This document shows, one piece after another, positions 9,409 through 21,577 of a stretch of 64,000 bases of DNA. The stretch is from positions 842,064 to 906,063 of the forward strand of contig CAVRBO010000004.1 in assembly GCA_963719285.1 (NCBI GenBank), written 5' to 3'. A model generated the notes under the pieces. It did not search any database, was not told where the DNA came from, and saw only the letters and a list, made by a program, of their open reading frames with translations. Every line of letters starts with the position of its first letter. Within the stretch, counting starts at the first letter, position 1. The position numbers and the translations under genes are program-made. Source of the DNA: an uncultured Chloroflexia bacterium (GTDB taxonomy: Bacteria > Chloroflexota > Limnocylindria > Limnocylindrales > CSP1-4).

Positions 9409-10257
9409 ATGACGGACAGGGCGGAGATCGGCGTGATCGGCGGGTCGGGCTTCTACTCGCTGCTCGAGGACGTGCGCGAGATCAAGGTCGACACGCCGTA
9501 CGGGTCGCCGTCGGACAGCGTCTTCCTGGCTGACGTCGCGGGGCGCAAGGTCGCCTTCCTGCCCCGCCACGGGCGGCGCCACACGATCCCGCCCCATCGC
9601 GTGCCGTACCGGGCGAACGTCTGGGCGCTCCGGTCACTCGGCGTCAAGGCCGTCATCAGCCCCTGCGCGGCGGGCTCGCTCCAGGCTCGGGTCAAGCCCG
9701 GCGACTTCGTCGTGTGCGACCAGTTCGTCGACCGGACCTCCGGACGCGACCACACGTTCTTCGATGGGCCGATCGTGACCCACGTGAGCAGCGCCGAGAT
9801 CTACGACCCGGAACTGCGGCGCATCGCGATCGAGACGATCCGGGCCAATGGCATCCCGGTCCACGAGGCGGGCACGGTCGTCGTCATCCAGGGCCCGCGT
9901 TTCTCGACGAGGTCGGAGTCGAAGTGGTTCAGCGACGCGGGCTGGGAGGTCATCAACATGACCCAGTTCCCCGAGGCGTACCTGTGTCGCGAGCTTGGGA
10001 TGGCGGTCGTGAACATCAGCCTCATCACCGACTACGACGCCGGCGTCATCGAGGGGACCCAGGCCGTCAACGCCCTGAGCGTCCTCGAGGTCTTTGAACT
10101 CAACGCGGCCCGCATCCGCAAGGTCGTCCTCGACATGGTCGCCGCGTTCCCGGCCGATCTCGACGCGCTCGGCGCCGCGGAGGCGCTGCGTTACACCCGC
10201 GGCGACGGCCACGCGGCGTCGGCCGAGGACATCCGCCTGTTCGAGACGAGCCTCTAG
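9409..10257 (+). CDS. mtnP: S-methyl-5'-thioadenosine phosphorylase
   Basis: AEIGVIGGSGFYSL...PRHGRRHTIPPHRVPYRANVWAL...VINMTQFPEAYLCRELGM is MTAP/PNP family. An AGGAGG ribosome-binding site precedes the ATG. Confidence 0.85.
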   Translation: MTDRAEIGVIGGSGFYSLLEDVREIKVDTPYGSPSDSVFLADVAGRKVAFLPRHGRRHTIPPHRVPYRANVWALRSLGVKAVISPCAAGSLQARVKPGDFVVCDQFVDRTSGRDHTFFDGPIVTHVSSAEIYDPELRRIAIETIRANGIPVHEAGTVVVIQGPRFSTRSESKWFSDAGWEVINMTQFPEAYLCRELGMAVVNISLITDYDAGVIEGTQAVNALSVLEVFELNAARIRKVVLDMVAAFPADLDALGAAEALRYTRGDGHAASAEDIRLFETSL

Positions 10258-11099
10258 TGGGCGAGCCGCTGCCCATCGGGGTCAGCATCCGGACCATCCG
10301 GGCCGAGCCCCGCTGGTGGCTCGACAGCGCGCGGCGGCTGGAGGAGGCCGGCTACGCGGGCGTCTGGGCGTGGGACCACTTCATGGGCCGTGGCGACAAG
10401 ACCGTCCCGGTCGTCGAGTCGTGGACGATCCTGGCGGCCACCGCCGGTGCGACCTCGCGGATCACCGTCGGCCCGTTCGTCCTGAATGTCATGAACCGCC
10501 ATCCGGCCGTGCTCGCCCGGATGGCCTCCACGCTCCAGATCGTGAGTGGCGGTCGGTTGATCCTCGGCATCGGCATCGGCGGCCACCCGGACGAGCACGC
10601 GGCACTCGGCATCCCGTTCCCGGAGGCCCCGGAGCGGGTGGCCCGGGTCGAGGAGGCCGTGGCCGTGTTGCGGGCCCTGTGGACGGGCGGTCCGGTCACC
10701 CGGCCCTCGCCCTACTACCCGCTCGACGACGCGTACGCCCGCCCGGTCCCGGATCCGATGCCACGCATCCTCGTGGGTGGCGAGACCGCCGCCGGGGCGC
10801 GACTGGCCGGCCGCATCGGCGATGGCTGGTCGACCTTCGACAACAACTTCGAGGCGAACCTGCCGGCGTACCTCGAGGCGCTCGAGGCGTCCGGCCGGCG
10901 GCGCGCCGACCAGCTCGTCATCGTCGGCTACCAGGGCGACGACTGGCTCGATCACGGCCGCCTGGCCGGGACCGCCTGGATCGAGGATCCGCGCGGGACC
11001 TGGCAGCGCTGGCACGAAGCGGGCGCCGACGGGGCGATCGTCACCGCGAAGTCGGACGCGGACATCGACGCCCTCGTCGGCGCCGTCGAACGCTGGTAG
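10257..11099 (+). CDS. LLM-class F420-dependent oxidoreductase
   Basis: WAWDHFMGRGDKTVPVVESWTILAATA...LILGIGIGGHPDEHAALG is luciferase-like. The GTG start overlaps the mtnP TAG stop by 1 nt. Confidence 0.75.
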   Translation: MGEPLPIGVSIRTIRAEPRWWLDSARRLEEAGYAGVWAWDHFMGRGDKTVPVVESWTILAATAGATSRITVGPFVLNVMNRHPAVLARMASTLQIVSGGRLILGIGIGGHPDEHAALGIPFPEAPERVARVEEAVAVLRALWTGGPVTRPSPYYPLDDAYARPVPDPMPRILVGGETAAGARLAGRIGDGWSTFDNNFEANLPAYLEALEASGRRRADQLVIVGYQGDDWLDHGRLAGTAWIEDPRGTWQRWHEAGADGAIVTAKSDADIDALVGAVERW

Positions 11100-11129
11100 A
11101 GGGCGCTCGCAGGGGCGCCGATCGAATCC

Positions 11130-11624
11130 ATGGCACCATCGACCGCACCGATGAGCGCCGCCGACCCGACCCTGCCCGAGCCGACCCATGCCTGCGTCCG
11201 GTGCGGCCGTCCGGTCGCCCTGTCGATGGGCATGTGCGACCGCTGTAATCCCCTCGGGCTCGCCGATCCGGCCGCGTCGCAGGTGCACGGCACGGTGTTC
11301 CTGGCGATCGGCGTCGGGATCGCCGCCCTGGCGATCGCCGCGCGCCTCCTGCTCGCCGGCGTGGGGCCGTTCGCCGCCAGCGTCGCCGCCGTCAGCCCGA
11401 CCGCCGCTGGTCTCGACGTGACCCTGACCGTCACGAACCAGGGCAGCCAGGCCGGCAGCTCCACCTGCCGGATCCACAGCGGGGTCGCCCTCGGCAGCGA
11501 CGCGACGGCGTACTTCCTGTCGCCCCGCATCGAGCCCGGAGCGACGGTGACGTTCACCCGGGAGACGAGCGCATTGGGGACGGGCTCCGGGAGTGGCCTC
11601 GTCGCCGAGTGCGCGACTCCGTGA
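11130..11624 (+). CDS. Hypothetical membrane protein with an N-terminal CxxC...CxxC zinc ribbon
   Basis: CVRCGRP...CDRCNP is followed by a hydrophobic helix (VFLAIGVGIAALAIAARLLLAGV) and a Thr/Ser/Gly-rich C-terminal region. Composition is protein-like, not Arg/Pro-rich. Confidence 0.5.
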   Translation: MAPSTAPMSAADPTLPEPTHACVRCGRPVALSMGMCDRCNPLGLADPAASQVHGTVFLAIGVGIAALAIAARLLLAGVGPFAASVAAVSPTAAGLDVTLTVTNQGSQAGSSTCRIHSGVALGSDATAYFLSPRIEPGATVTFTRETSALGTGSGSGLVAECATP

Positions 11625-11649
11625 CGGCCCGCCGATCCGGCTCGCGCCG

Positions 11650-12486
11650 ATGACGCCGGCGACCTCCCCGTGGGCCGCCGATCTCGCCTTCGCCCTGGAC
11701 GTCGGGGCCCGTGCCGGTGCCGTCCTCATGGACCGCTACGAGCGCCTGGAGCGGATCCACCACAAGAGTGCCAAGGATGTCGTGACCGAGGCCGACACGA
11801 TGTCCGAGCGGCTCATCATGGCCGCGATCCGCGAGCACTCCCCGGGCGACGGGATGCTCGGCGAGGAGTCGGGCGGCCACGCGACCGGGACCGGCGCGGC
11901 GGCGACCGACAAGCACGGCCGGGTGTGGGTCATCGACCCCCTCGACGGCACGGTGAACTACGCGAACGGCATCCCGTTCTTCTGCGTCTCGATCGGTCTC
12001 GTCGTCGACGGCCGCCCGGTCGTGGGCATCGTCCACGACCCGACCCGGAGCGAGACGTACGCCGCCGCGGTCGACGGCCCGGCCCTCCTGGTCGATCGCG
12101 GCAGCCCCGGGGGGCGGGTGATCGTCGCCTCGGAGAAGGACAAGCTCACGGACTTCGTCGTCTCGCTCGCCCTCGGCGGCCGGGCGGTCGCGACGCGCAT
12201 CCGCGCCGTCCGCAAGGCCGTCCGGATCAGCCGGTCGATGGGCGCCGCCGCCCTTGCCCTGGCCTACGTCGCGAACGGCCGGTTCGACGCGTTCGCCCAA
12301 TCGAGTGGGCTGTCGACCTGGGACATCGCGGCCGGTGGCCTCATCGCCGAACGGGCGGGTGCCACGGTCACGGACATGGCCGGCGGTCCCTGGTTCGACC
12401 TCGGCCTCAAGAGCAGCACGATCGGGCTGTTCGCCGCCCCGGCCGCCCACCACGCCGCGCTCCTCGCCCTCGCCCGCGGAGACTGA
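11650..12486 (+). CDS. Inositol monophosphatase family protein (SuhB/ImpA-like)
   Basis: The product has the IMPase metal-binding signature VWVIDPLDGTVNYANGIPFF... and ...STWDIAAG. The start is taken at MTPATSPW. Confidence 0.8.
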   Translation: MTPATSPWAADLAFALDVGARAGAVLMDRYERLERIHHKSAKDVVTEADTMSERLIMAAIREHSPGDGMLGEESGGHATGTGAAATDKHGRVWVIDPLDGTVNYANGIPFFCVSIGLVVDGRPVVGIVHDPTRSETYAAAVDGPALLVDRGSPGGRVIVASEKDKLTDFVVSLALGGRAVATRIRAVRKAVRISRSMGAAALALAYVANGRFDAFAQSSGLSTWDIAAGGLIAERAGATVTDMAGGPWFDLGLKSSTIGLFAAPAAHHAALLALARGD

Positions 12487-12537
12487 TCGCCGGCGGGGAC
12501 CGATCGCCCGCCGGGGCGGCGATCTGCCCGGGCGGAC

Positions 12538-13428
12538 CTAGGCGGTCGTGGTCCAGCGGTGCGGGCGGCCACGCAGCCGCGCCAGGCCGAGCTCGTCGCA
12601 CAGGGCCTCCCAGGCGGCCCGGTCCGTGCCCTGCCAGCGGAGTTCCTCGGCCGAGGCCTGGGGGAGGGGCGCGTCGAGCCGCAGGCGGGCCAGCGTCCGA
12701 TACAGCTCGACCTCGTCGCGCCGCTCGTTGAGGGCAGCCGCGAGGCCGACGGCCCCCCGGAGGCCGGGCACGTCCCAGGCCGAGGCCCTGGCCGGGATCC
12801 GGTCGATCGAGCCCCACCGCGCGAGCACCGCGCCCGCGGACTTCGAGCCCCAGCCCGGGATGCCCGGATAGCCGTCCGCGCTGTCGCCGACGAGCGCGAG
12901 GTAGTCCGGGATCGACGACGGCGCGACGCCCCACTTCGCCCGGACGCCCGCGTCGTCGTAGGTCAGGTCCCGCCGCCGGTCCCACAGGACCACTCGACTG
13001 TCTCGCACGCACTGGGCGAGGTCCTTGTCGACCGAGCAGATGACGATCCGCTCGACTCCGGGCGCCGTGGCCCACCGGTCGGCCGCCGTCGCCAGCGCGT
13101 CGTCGGCCTCGAGCTCGACCATGGGCCAGAGCGCGAGCCCGAGTGCCTCGATCGCGCGTTCGGCCAAGGGGAACTGGGCGAGCAGCTCGGGCGGCATCCC
13201 CTCCTCGGTCTTGTAGCCTGCGTACAGGTCGTTCCGGAACGAGCGGATCACCCGATCCGTGGCGCAGCCGACGTGGGTCGCGCCCTGGTCGCGGAGCAGG
13301 TAGAGGAGCTGCTCGACGAGCCCGGACACGCCGGACAGCGGCATCCCGCCGCGCCCCAGGACCGGCGGCCGCGGCGCGAAATGTGCCCGGAAGAGTTCGT
13401 AGGTGGCGTCGACGAGATGGACGAGCAC
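12538..13428 (-). CDS. 5'-3' exonuclease (FEN-type, Pol I N-terminal-like)
   Basis: MLVHLVDATYELFRAHFA...LEADDALAT...VICSVDKDLAQCV...IPGWGSKSAG is the 5'-3' exonuclease family. Confidence 0.8.
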   Translation of the reverse strand: MLVHLVDATYELFRAHFAPRPPVLGRGGMPLSGVSGLVEQLLYLLRDQGATHVGCATDRVIRSFRNDLYAGYKTEEGMPPELLAQFPLAERAIEALGLALWPMVELEADDALATAADRWATAPGVERIVICSVDKDLAQCVRDSRVVLWDRRRDLTYDDAGVRAKWGVAPSSIPDYLALVGDSADGYPGIPGWGSKSAGAVLARWGSIDRIPARASAWDVPGLRGAVGLAAALNERRDEVELYRTLARLRLDAPLPQASAEELRWQGTDRAAWEALCDELGLARLRGRPHRWTTTA

Positions 13429-13434
13429 GCGCGC

Positions 13435-14034
13435 CTACCCCAGGCCGCCCGGGATGAGCTCGACCCCGGCGGCCGCCATCTCGTCGAGTGCCCGCTGCCC
13501 GTCCCCGGGCGCCAGGTCCACCGCCCGGATCCCGTCGGCCAGGACCGCGGTCGCGAACCCGAGCCCGATCGCGTCGAGCGCCGTCGCCTTGACGCAGTAG
13601 TCCGTCGCGAGGCCGCACACCACGACCCGGTCGATGCCGGAGGCTCGGAGCAGCGAGGCGAGCTCCGTCGGGGCGGTCACGCCGGAGGCCGGATCGCGGA
13701 CCGTGAAGCCGGAGTAGCCGTCCTCGCCCGAGGTCCCCTTGCGGATGACCGGGCCGTCGACGTGCAGCTCGGGATGGAACGCCGCGCCCCAGGTGCCGCC
13801 GACGCAGTGGACCGGCCAGATCCCGCCGTCCTGGGCGAAGTGCGGCGTGTGCGCGGGGTGCCAATCGGCCGTGTAGGCGATGAGCCCGCCCGCCGCGACG
13901 ACCGCCACCGCCGCCTCGTTGGCGGCCCGAACGACGTCCGCGGCTCCCTTCACGGCCAGCGATCCGGCCGGGTCGGCGAAGTCGTTCTGGACATCGACGA
14001 CGACCAGGGTCGTGGAGCGATCGAGGGGGCGCAC
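13435..14034 (-). CDS. pncA: Nicotinamidase/pyrazinamidase (isochorismatase fold)
   Basis: LVVVDVQNDFADPAGSLAV...WHPAHTPHF...WPVHCV...VVVCGLATDYCV aligns along its length with M. tuberculosis PncA, including the D/K/C catalytic residues. Confidence 0.8.
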   Translation of the reverse strand: MRPLDRSTTLVVVDVQNDFADPAGSLAVKGAADVVRAANEAAVAVVAAGGLIAYTADWHPAHTPHFAQDGGIWPVHCVGGTWGAAFHPELHVDGPVIRKGTSGEDGYSGFTVRDPASGVTAPTELASLLRASGIDRVVVCGLATDYCVKATALDAIGLGFATAVLADGIRAVDLAPGDGQRALDEMAAAGVELIPGGLG

Positions 14035-14151
14035 CCCGAGAGGCTACCCCAGCCCGCCGGGCTCCCGCCCGACGCCCGCCGACGGAAGGTCCGTCGTCAC
14101 CCGCTCCGTCACCCGGGCGCAACGTTCCCGCCACCGACGTGCCCGGCGCGG

Positions 14152-14538
14152 ATGGGCTACGCTCCCGCCATGCCCTTCGCGCCTGCCGACCTGGCCGCCC
14201 TGAGCGCGGCCGAGGAGATCGAGATCGAGACGCGAGCGTCCGCGGACGCGCAGCCTCACCGGACGATCATCTGGGTCATGACGGACGGCGCCGACGCGTT
14301 CGTCCGGAGCGTTCGTGGGCCCGCCGGCCGCTGGTACCGTGAGGCCGTCGCCGGCCCCCGGGTCGTCGTTCATGCGGGCGGGAGGACACTCCCCGCCCGG
14401 GTCGTCCCGGCGGCCGACGACGCGTCGATCGCCCGGACGAATGCCGGCCTGCGCCGGAAGTACACGGGCATCGAGGGTTTCGACGAGATGCTCGTCCCCG
14501 ACACGTTCCCCACCACCCTTCGACTCGAGCCCGCCTGA
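14152..14538 (+). CDS. DUF2255 family protein
   Basis: The 128 aa product, ...EIEIETRASADAQPHRTIIWVMTDGADAFVRSVRGPAGRWYREA, resembles DUF2255. The start is taken at MGYAPAMPF inside the long artifactual ORF 12559..14538. Confidence 0.55.
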   Translation: MGYAPAMPFAPADLAALSAAEEIEIETRASADAQPHRTIIWVMTDGADAFVRSVRGPAGRWYREAVAGPRVVVHAGGRTLPARVVPAADDASIARTNAGLRRKYTGIEGFDEMLVPDTFPTTLRLEPA

Positions 14539-14552
14539 GCCGGAGCGTCCCG

Positions 14553-17243
<2,691 letters not shown>

Positions 17244-17375
17244 CCGCCATGAGGGCCGGTGCGGTGCGTCCGTGCCCCGCCGGTCCGCGACCCGCGCGGA
17301 ACCGATCCCTCTCCACCCGCGTCAATGCCCCACTTCGGCCGCGACCCCGCGGCCCTCCGTGGGAGCCTCCGACCA

Positions 17376-18146
17376 ATGGCCACGACGATCACGATCCCTA
17401 CCATCGGGCCGCGCGCACGCTGGCTCGCCATCGCCGCGGCGGCGACCGCGGTCCTCGTCGCGACCGCCGCGCCGTCCTTCGCGCCGCGGCCGTCGCTCGC
17501 CGCTGACGCGACGAAGCCGGACCACACCATCAGCGTGTCGGGCACGGGCCGGGTCATCCTCGCCCCCGATACGGCGGACCTGCGGCTTGGCGTCTCGGTC
17601 CAGAGGCCCACGGTCAAGGCCGCCCGCGCCGACGCGGCGAAGGCGATGCAGGCCGTCATCGACGCGCTCAGGAAGCTCGGCATCGCGGACGCCGACATCC
17701 AGACCTCGTCGATCAACCTGAACCCGCAGTACGACTACACCAACGCGAACCCGCCGCGCCTCGTCGGTTATCAGTTCTCGAACAGCCTGGCCATCACGGT
17801 CCGCAAGCTCGACGTGCTGGGCGACGCGATCGACGATTCGCTGGCGGCGGGCGCCACGACGCTCGACAGCGTCCAGTTCCGGGTCGACGACGAGACCAAG
17901 GCCGAGGCCCAGGCGCGGGCGGCGGCGATGGCCGACGCGAAGGCCAAGGCGACGGCGCTGGCCAGCGCGGCCGGCGTGTCGATCGAGGGCGTGAGTTCCA
18001 TCAGCGAGACCGTCGCCCCGGCGCCGTATCCGGTCTTCTACGGTGCCGCGGCCGGTGCCGCGGTCGACAAGGCGGTCGGCACGCCGGTCCAGGCCGGTAC
18101 GAACGAAGTCACCGTGTCGGTCGCCGTGGTGTACCTGATCCCGTGA
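17376..18146 (+). CDS. SIMPL (DUF541) domain protein, secreted or membrane-anchored
   Basis: An N-terminal hydrophobic segment (WLAIAAAATAVLVATAAPSFA) is followed by ...VSGTGRVILAPDTADLRLGVSVQ...NPQYDY..., which is SIMPL-like. Confidence 0.7.
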   Translation: MATTITIPTIGPRARWLAIAAAATAVLVATAAPSFAPRPSLAADATKPDHTISVSGTGRVILAPDTADLRLGVSVQRPTVKAARADAAKAMQAVIDALRKLGIADADIQTSSINLNPQYDYTNANPPRLVGYQFSNSLAITVRKLDVLGDAIDDSLAAGATTLDSVQFRVDDETKAEAQARAAAMADAKAKATALASAAGVSIEGVSSISETVAPAPYPVFYGAAAGAAVDKAVGTPVQAGTNEVTVSVAVVYLIP

Positions 18147-18292
18147 GTCACGCACTCGATCCATCGTGGCAGTACGAGCAGGACTCCCGAGCGAAGGCGC
18201 CGGGGTGACCGGGCGCACGGGAGTGACATCGCTCGTGGATCGCCTTCCCTTCGGGTCGTCGTCGAAGGCCTGTCACCCGCGGCTGGGGGCGC

Positions 18293-19591
18293 TCAGGGTG
18301 ACGCGGCCACGACCTGGAGGAGGTCGCCGGAGGCGAGGTCGGTGAGGTAGAGCTCACCGACCTCGTCCTCCCCGAACGAGCTGATCGCCCGGTGAGTCTC
18401 GAGCAGCACGACCGATGGTGGGCCCGGAGGACCGGCGGCCGGGATCGCGCGGATCGTCCCCGTGCACTCGTCGGCGAACAGGTAGGTCCCATCGAGCGCC
18501 GGGATGGCAGATCCGCGATAGACGTACCCGCCGATGATGGCGCAGTCACCGGCGCCGTGGCCGTACTCGGTCACCGGCAGCGCGAGGCCGGCCTGGTCGC
18601 AGCCCAGGATGGCCTGGAAGCAGTGGGTTCCCTCCATCCGGTTCCAGCCGTAGTCGAGCCCGCGTCCGCCACCATCCGCGGCCCGGGCGACGTCGACCTC
18701 CTCCCAGCTGGCCTGGCCCACGTCGCCGATCCACAGGTCGCCGAGCGCCCGGTCGAAGCTGAACCGCCACGGGTTGCGCAGCCCGTATGCCCAGATCTCC
18801 GGCCTGGCGCCATCGCCCGCGGCGATGAACGGGTTCGTGTCGGGCACCGCGTAGGCTGCCGATCCCCCGTGGAGTGGATCGATCCGCAGGATCTTGCCAA
18901 GAAGCGTGTCGAGGCGCTGGCCGTTGCCCTGGGGATCGCCGCCGGACCCACCGTCGCCCATACCCACGTACAGGTACCCGTCCGGCCCGAACGCGACCAT
19001 GCCGCCGTTGTGGTTCGCGAACGGCTGGTCGACCTTGAGGATCGTGTGAACGGATCCCGGATCGGCCACGTCGGGGTTCGATGAGCTGGTGGTGCCCGTC
19101 GCGATCTCCGTGTCGCCGTTGACGTCCGTGTAGTCGACGACGAACACGTGGCCCCCGGAGCCGTAGCCCGGCTGGAATGCCAGGCCCAGCAGCCCTTGCT
19201 CGCCGCAGCAGCGGACGGACTCGCCGATGTCGAGGAACGGCGTCGGCAGGACTGCGCCGTCGCGCACGACACGGATCCGGCCGGGCTGCTCGACGACGAA
19301 GAGCCGGCCGCTGCCATCGCCGGCCCCGGTCGCGAAGACCGGCTGGTCGAACCCGCCGGCGACCTTCCGGAGGTCGATCGTCAAGGAGCCCGGGCCTGCC
19401 ACCGGCGGCGTGAAGGAGGGTGGTGAGCCGGGTGGCGAGGCCGTGGCGGGCGCGCCGGACGCCATCGGCGATGTGGCCGGGCTGGCGATCGGCGCGGGAG
19501 TCGCGGTCCCGAGGCAGGCGCTCCCGGTCAGCGTGGCCGCGAGGAGGGCGGCGATCCGGACCGCGCGCCCGGTTCGAGATGCCCGCTCCAT
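18293..19591 (-). CDS. PQQ-dependent sugar dehydrogenase (soluble glucose/sorbosone dehydrogenase beta-propeller family), lipoprotein
   Basis: A signal peptide with lipobox (LTGSAC) is followed by ...GRLFVVEQPGRIRVV...QGLLGLAF...NHNGGMVAFGPDGYLYVGMGDGGSGGDPQGNGQ...GLRNPWRFSFDR, which is the SGDH family. Confidence 0.75.
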   Translation of the reverse strand: MERASRTGRAVRIAALLAATLTGSACLGTATPAPIASPATSPMASGAPATASPPGSPPSFTPPVAGPGSLTIDLRKVAGGFDQPVFATGAGDGSGRLFVVEQPGRIRVVRDGAVLPTPFLDIGESVRCCGEQGLLGLAFQPGYGSGGHVFVVDYTDVNGDTEIATGTTSSSNPDVADPGSVHTILKVDQPFANHNGGMVAFGPDGYLYVGMGDGGSGGDPQGNGQRLDTLLGKILRIDPLHGGSAAYAVPDTNPFIAAGDGARPEIWAYGLRNPWRFSFDRALGDLWIGDVGQASWEEVDVARAADGGGRGLDYGWNRMEGTHCFQAILGCDQAGLALPVTEYGHGAGDCAIIGGYVYRGSAIPALDGTYLFADECTGTIRAIPAAGPPGPPSVVLLETHRAISSFGEDEVGELYLTDLASGDLLQVVAASP

Positions 19592-19653
19592 CCTGCGATG
19601 CTAGTCGTCATCGCCGCATGGCCTTTGCTAGGCTCCCGCGAGGAGGTGGGCGG

Positions 19654-20010
19654 ATGACGGACCGGGTCTGGACCAGCGAGCGGGTCGGGGCGTGGGAGCT
19701 CGCCGATCTCGTGGCGCGCGAAGAGGCGAGCGGAGGCCCGTACCTCGAATTCCTGCGGGTGCCGGACCTGTCCGTCGGCCTGTACGTGCTCGAGGCGGGT
19801 GGCGTCGATCGCCAGTCGCCACACACGGAGGACGAGGCCTACTTCGTCATGAGCGGCCGGGGCCGGCTCCGGATGGGCGACCAGGACGTCTCGGTCGGTC
19901 CGGGCACGACCGCGTTCGTCGCGGCGGGTATCGAGCATCGCTTCCACGACATCGAGGAGCGCCTGGTCCTCCTGGTCGCCTTCGGTCCGGCGGAGGAGTC
20001 GCGACGCTGA
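19654..20010 (+). CDS. Cupin-domain protein
   Basis: The 118 aa product, ...VGLYVLEAGGVDRQSPHTEDEAYFVMSGRGRLRMGDQDVSVGPGTTAFVAAGIEHRF, is preceded by AGGAGGTG 5 nt upstream of the ATG. Confidence 0.65.
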   Translation: MTDRVWTSERVGAWELADLVAREEASGGPYLEFLRVPDLSVGLYVLEAGGVDRQSPHTEDEAYFVMSGRGRLRMGDQDVSVGPGTTAFVAAGIEHRFHDIEERLVLLVAFGPAEESRR

Positions 20011-20122
20011 GTCGGCCTGCACTCCGGTGCGCCTGGCCAGCCCCGGCGCCTTCGCTCGGGGGTGCGCCGGGCCACCCCGGCGCCTTCGCTCGGGAGTCTT
20101 GCCCCGCGGGATCGCAGCGGGA

Positions 20123-20908
20123 TCAGGTCGGCATTGCTCCCCGGCGGCCGGCGACGAGCTCGGCCAGGCGCAACCCGCGGAGTGGTGAGGACCCGTCCTC
20201 GTCGTGCCGGAAGACCACGTACGCGTCCCGGCCGGCCTCGAGGAACGGCACCAGGCGTTCGGCCCACGCCCCCAGGTCCGCCTCGTCGTAGCTCGTCCGA
20301 CGCAGCCGGATGTACAGCCACGGCGCGGTGAGTCGGAGCGTCGGGGGTGCCGGATCGTCGTCGAGGTCCGTCGAACACCACGCGGCACCGGCGTCCCGGA
20401 GCATCTCGAACACCTCGTCGACCGCCCACGACGGATCGCGGCATTCGATGGTCAGAGGGAGGTCGGCGGGCCAGGCGCGGAGCAGGGCCGCCAGCCGCTC
20501 GTCGTCGCGCGGGACCTCGGCCGGGACGCGGAACAGGACGCAGCCGAGCTTGTCGGCGAAGTGGCGATACGGCGCCGTGAGCCAGCCCATGGTCCCGGTC
20601 GGGTCGGCGAGGAGCGCCCGCAAGCTGCCGCCCCGCTGCGCCTTGACCGCGAACCGGAACGTCGGGGGAGTCGCCGCGACCCAGGACGCGATCGAGGCCG
20701 CGGTCGGGTGCCGGTAGAACGTGTTGTTGATCTCGCAGCACGACAGCCGTGCCCCATAAACGGCGAGGAGATCCGCGGTCCGCGTGCCCGGCGGATAGAA
20801 CTTTGGCGCCCATGCACCGTACGAGAAGCCGCTTGTGCCCACGAAGAGGCGACCGGGCGGAGGCGCCCCATCGCCGGGTGCACCCGGCGTGCCGCCGGGG
20901 TTCGCCAT
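20123..20908 (-). CDS. DUF72 domain-containing protein
   Basis: RLFVGTSGFSYGAWAPKFYP...LSCCEINNTFYR...FRFAVKAQR matches the DUF72 signature. The start is taken at MANPGG (20908). Confidence 0.7.
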   Translation of the reverse strand: MANPGGTPGAPGDGAPPPGRLFVGTSGFSYGAWAPKFYPPGTRTADLLAVYGARLSCCEINNTFYRHPTAASIASWVAATPPTFRFAVKAQRGGSLRALLADPTGTMGWLTAPYRHFADKLGCVLFRVPAEVPRDDERLAALLRAWPADLPLTIECRDPSWAVDEVFEMLRDAGAAWCSTDLDDDPAPPTLRLTAPWLYIRLRRTSYDEADLGAWAERLVPFLEAGRDAYVVFRHDEDGSSPLRGLRLAELVAGRRGAMPT

Positions 20909-21462
20909 CAGACGGTCGCGGCCTCGGCGTCCTCGACGGGACCGCGCGCTCCCTGGCCCCGGCTTCCGGTGTCGCCACGCAGGACCTCGACGATCGTCCC
21001 GAGCGACCGACCGATCGCCCCGAGCTCGTCGGCCGACAGGGGGCCGATGAAGTAGTCGTCGATCCCGCGCAGGTGGGTCCGCGCGGCTCGCCGGAGGCGC
21101 GTGAGCCCCGTCTCGGTGATCACCGCCTCGGCCCCGCGGGCGTCGGTCGTGCACTGGCTGCGGTCGACGAAGCCGGCCGCGACGAGCCGGTCGACGAGCC
21201 GCGTCACGCCGCTCCGACTGAGCAACACCCGATCCGCCAGCTGGCTCATCCGGAGACGTCGTTCCGGGGCGGTCGCCAGGACCACCAACGCGTCGTACTC
21301 GGCCAGCGACATCGACTGCTCGGCCCGCAGTTCCTCGTCGAGGCGACGGCTGAGCAGCGCGTGCGCCTGGAGGAACGTCCGCCAGTCCTCGAGATAGGGG
21401 TGGCTGGGCACGGCGCCGGCGGTGGTCGGATCGTTGCGGGTCACGTTCGTATGGTAGCGCAT
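20908..21462 (-). CDS. MarR family transcriptional regulator
   Basis: SMSLAEYDALVVLATAPERRLRMSQLADRVLLSRSGVTRLVDRLVAAGFVDR is a MarR winged helix. The start is taken at MRYHTNV. Confidence 0.75.
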   Translation of the reverse strand: MRYHTNVTRNDPTTAGAVPSHPYLEDWRTFLQAHALLSRRLDEELRAEQSMSLAEYDALVVLATAPERRLRMSQLADRVLLSRSGVTRLVDRLVAAGFVDRSQCTTDARGAEAVITETGLTRLRRAARTHLRGIDDYFIGPLSADELGAIGRSLGTIVEVLRGDTGSRGQGARGPVEDAEAATV

Positions 21463-21577
21463 CCGGGCGATGATTGACTCAGCAACTATGGGTTGCAGGC
21501 CGATCGCAGATGGTAGACTGTCGACCGTTTCGCCGGTTCTCCCCAGCCTTCGTTCCCGCCGGACCGTCGGAGGACTC

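Noticed and set aside
12407-14538. 575 aa (minus) and 659 aa (plus) ORFs across the exonuclease, pncA and DUF2255 region
   Set aside because: Both are Arg/Gly/Pro-rich and overlap well-supported genes on the opposite strand or in another frame. Only the last 128 codons of the plus ORF (DUF2255) look genuine.
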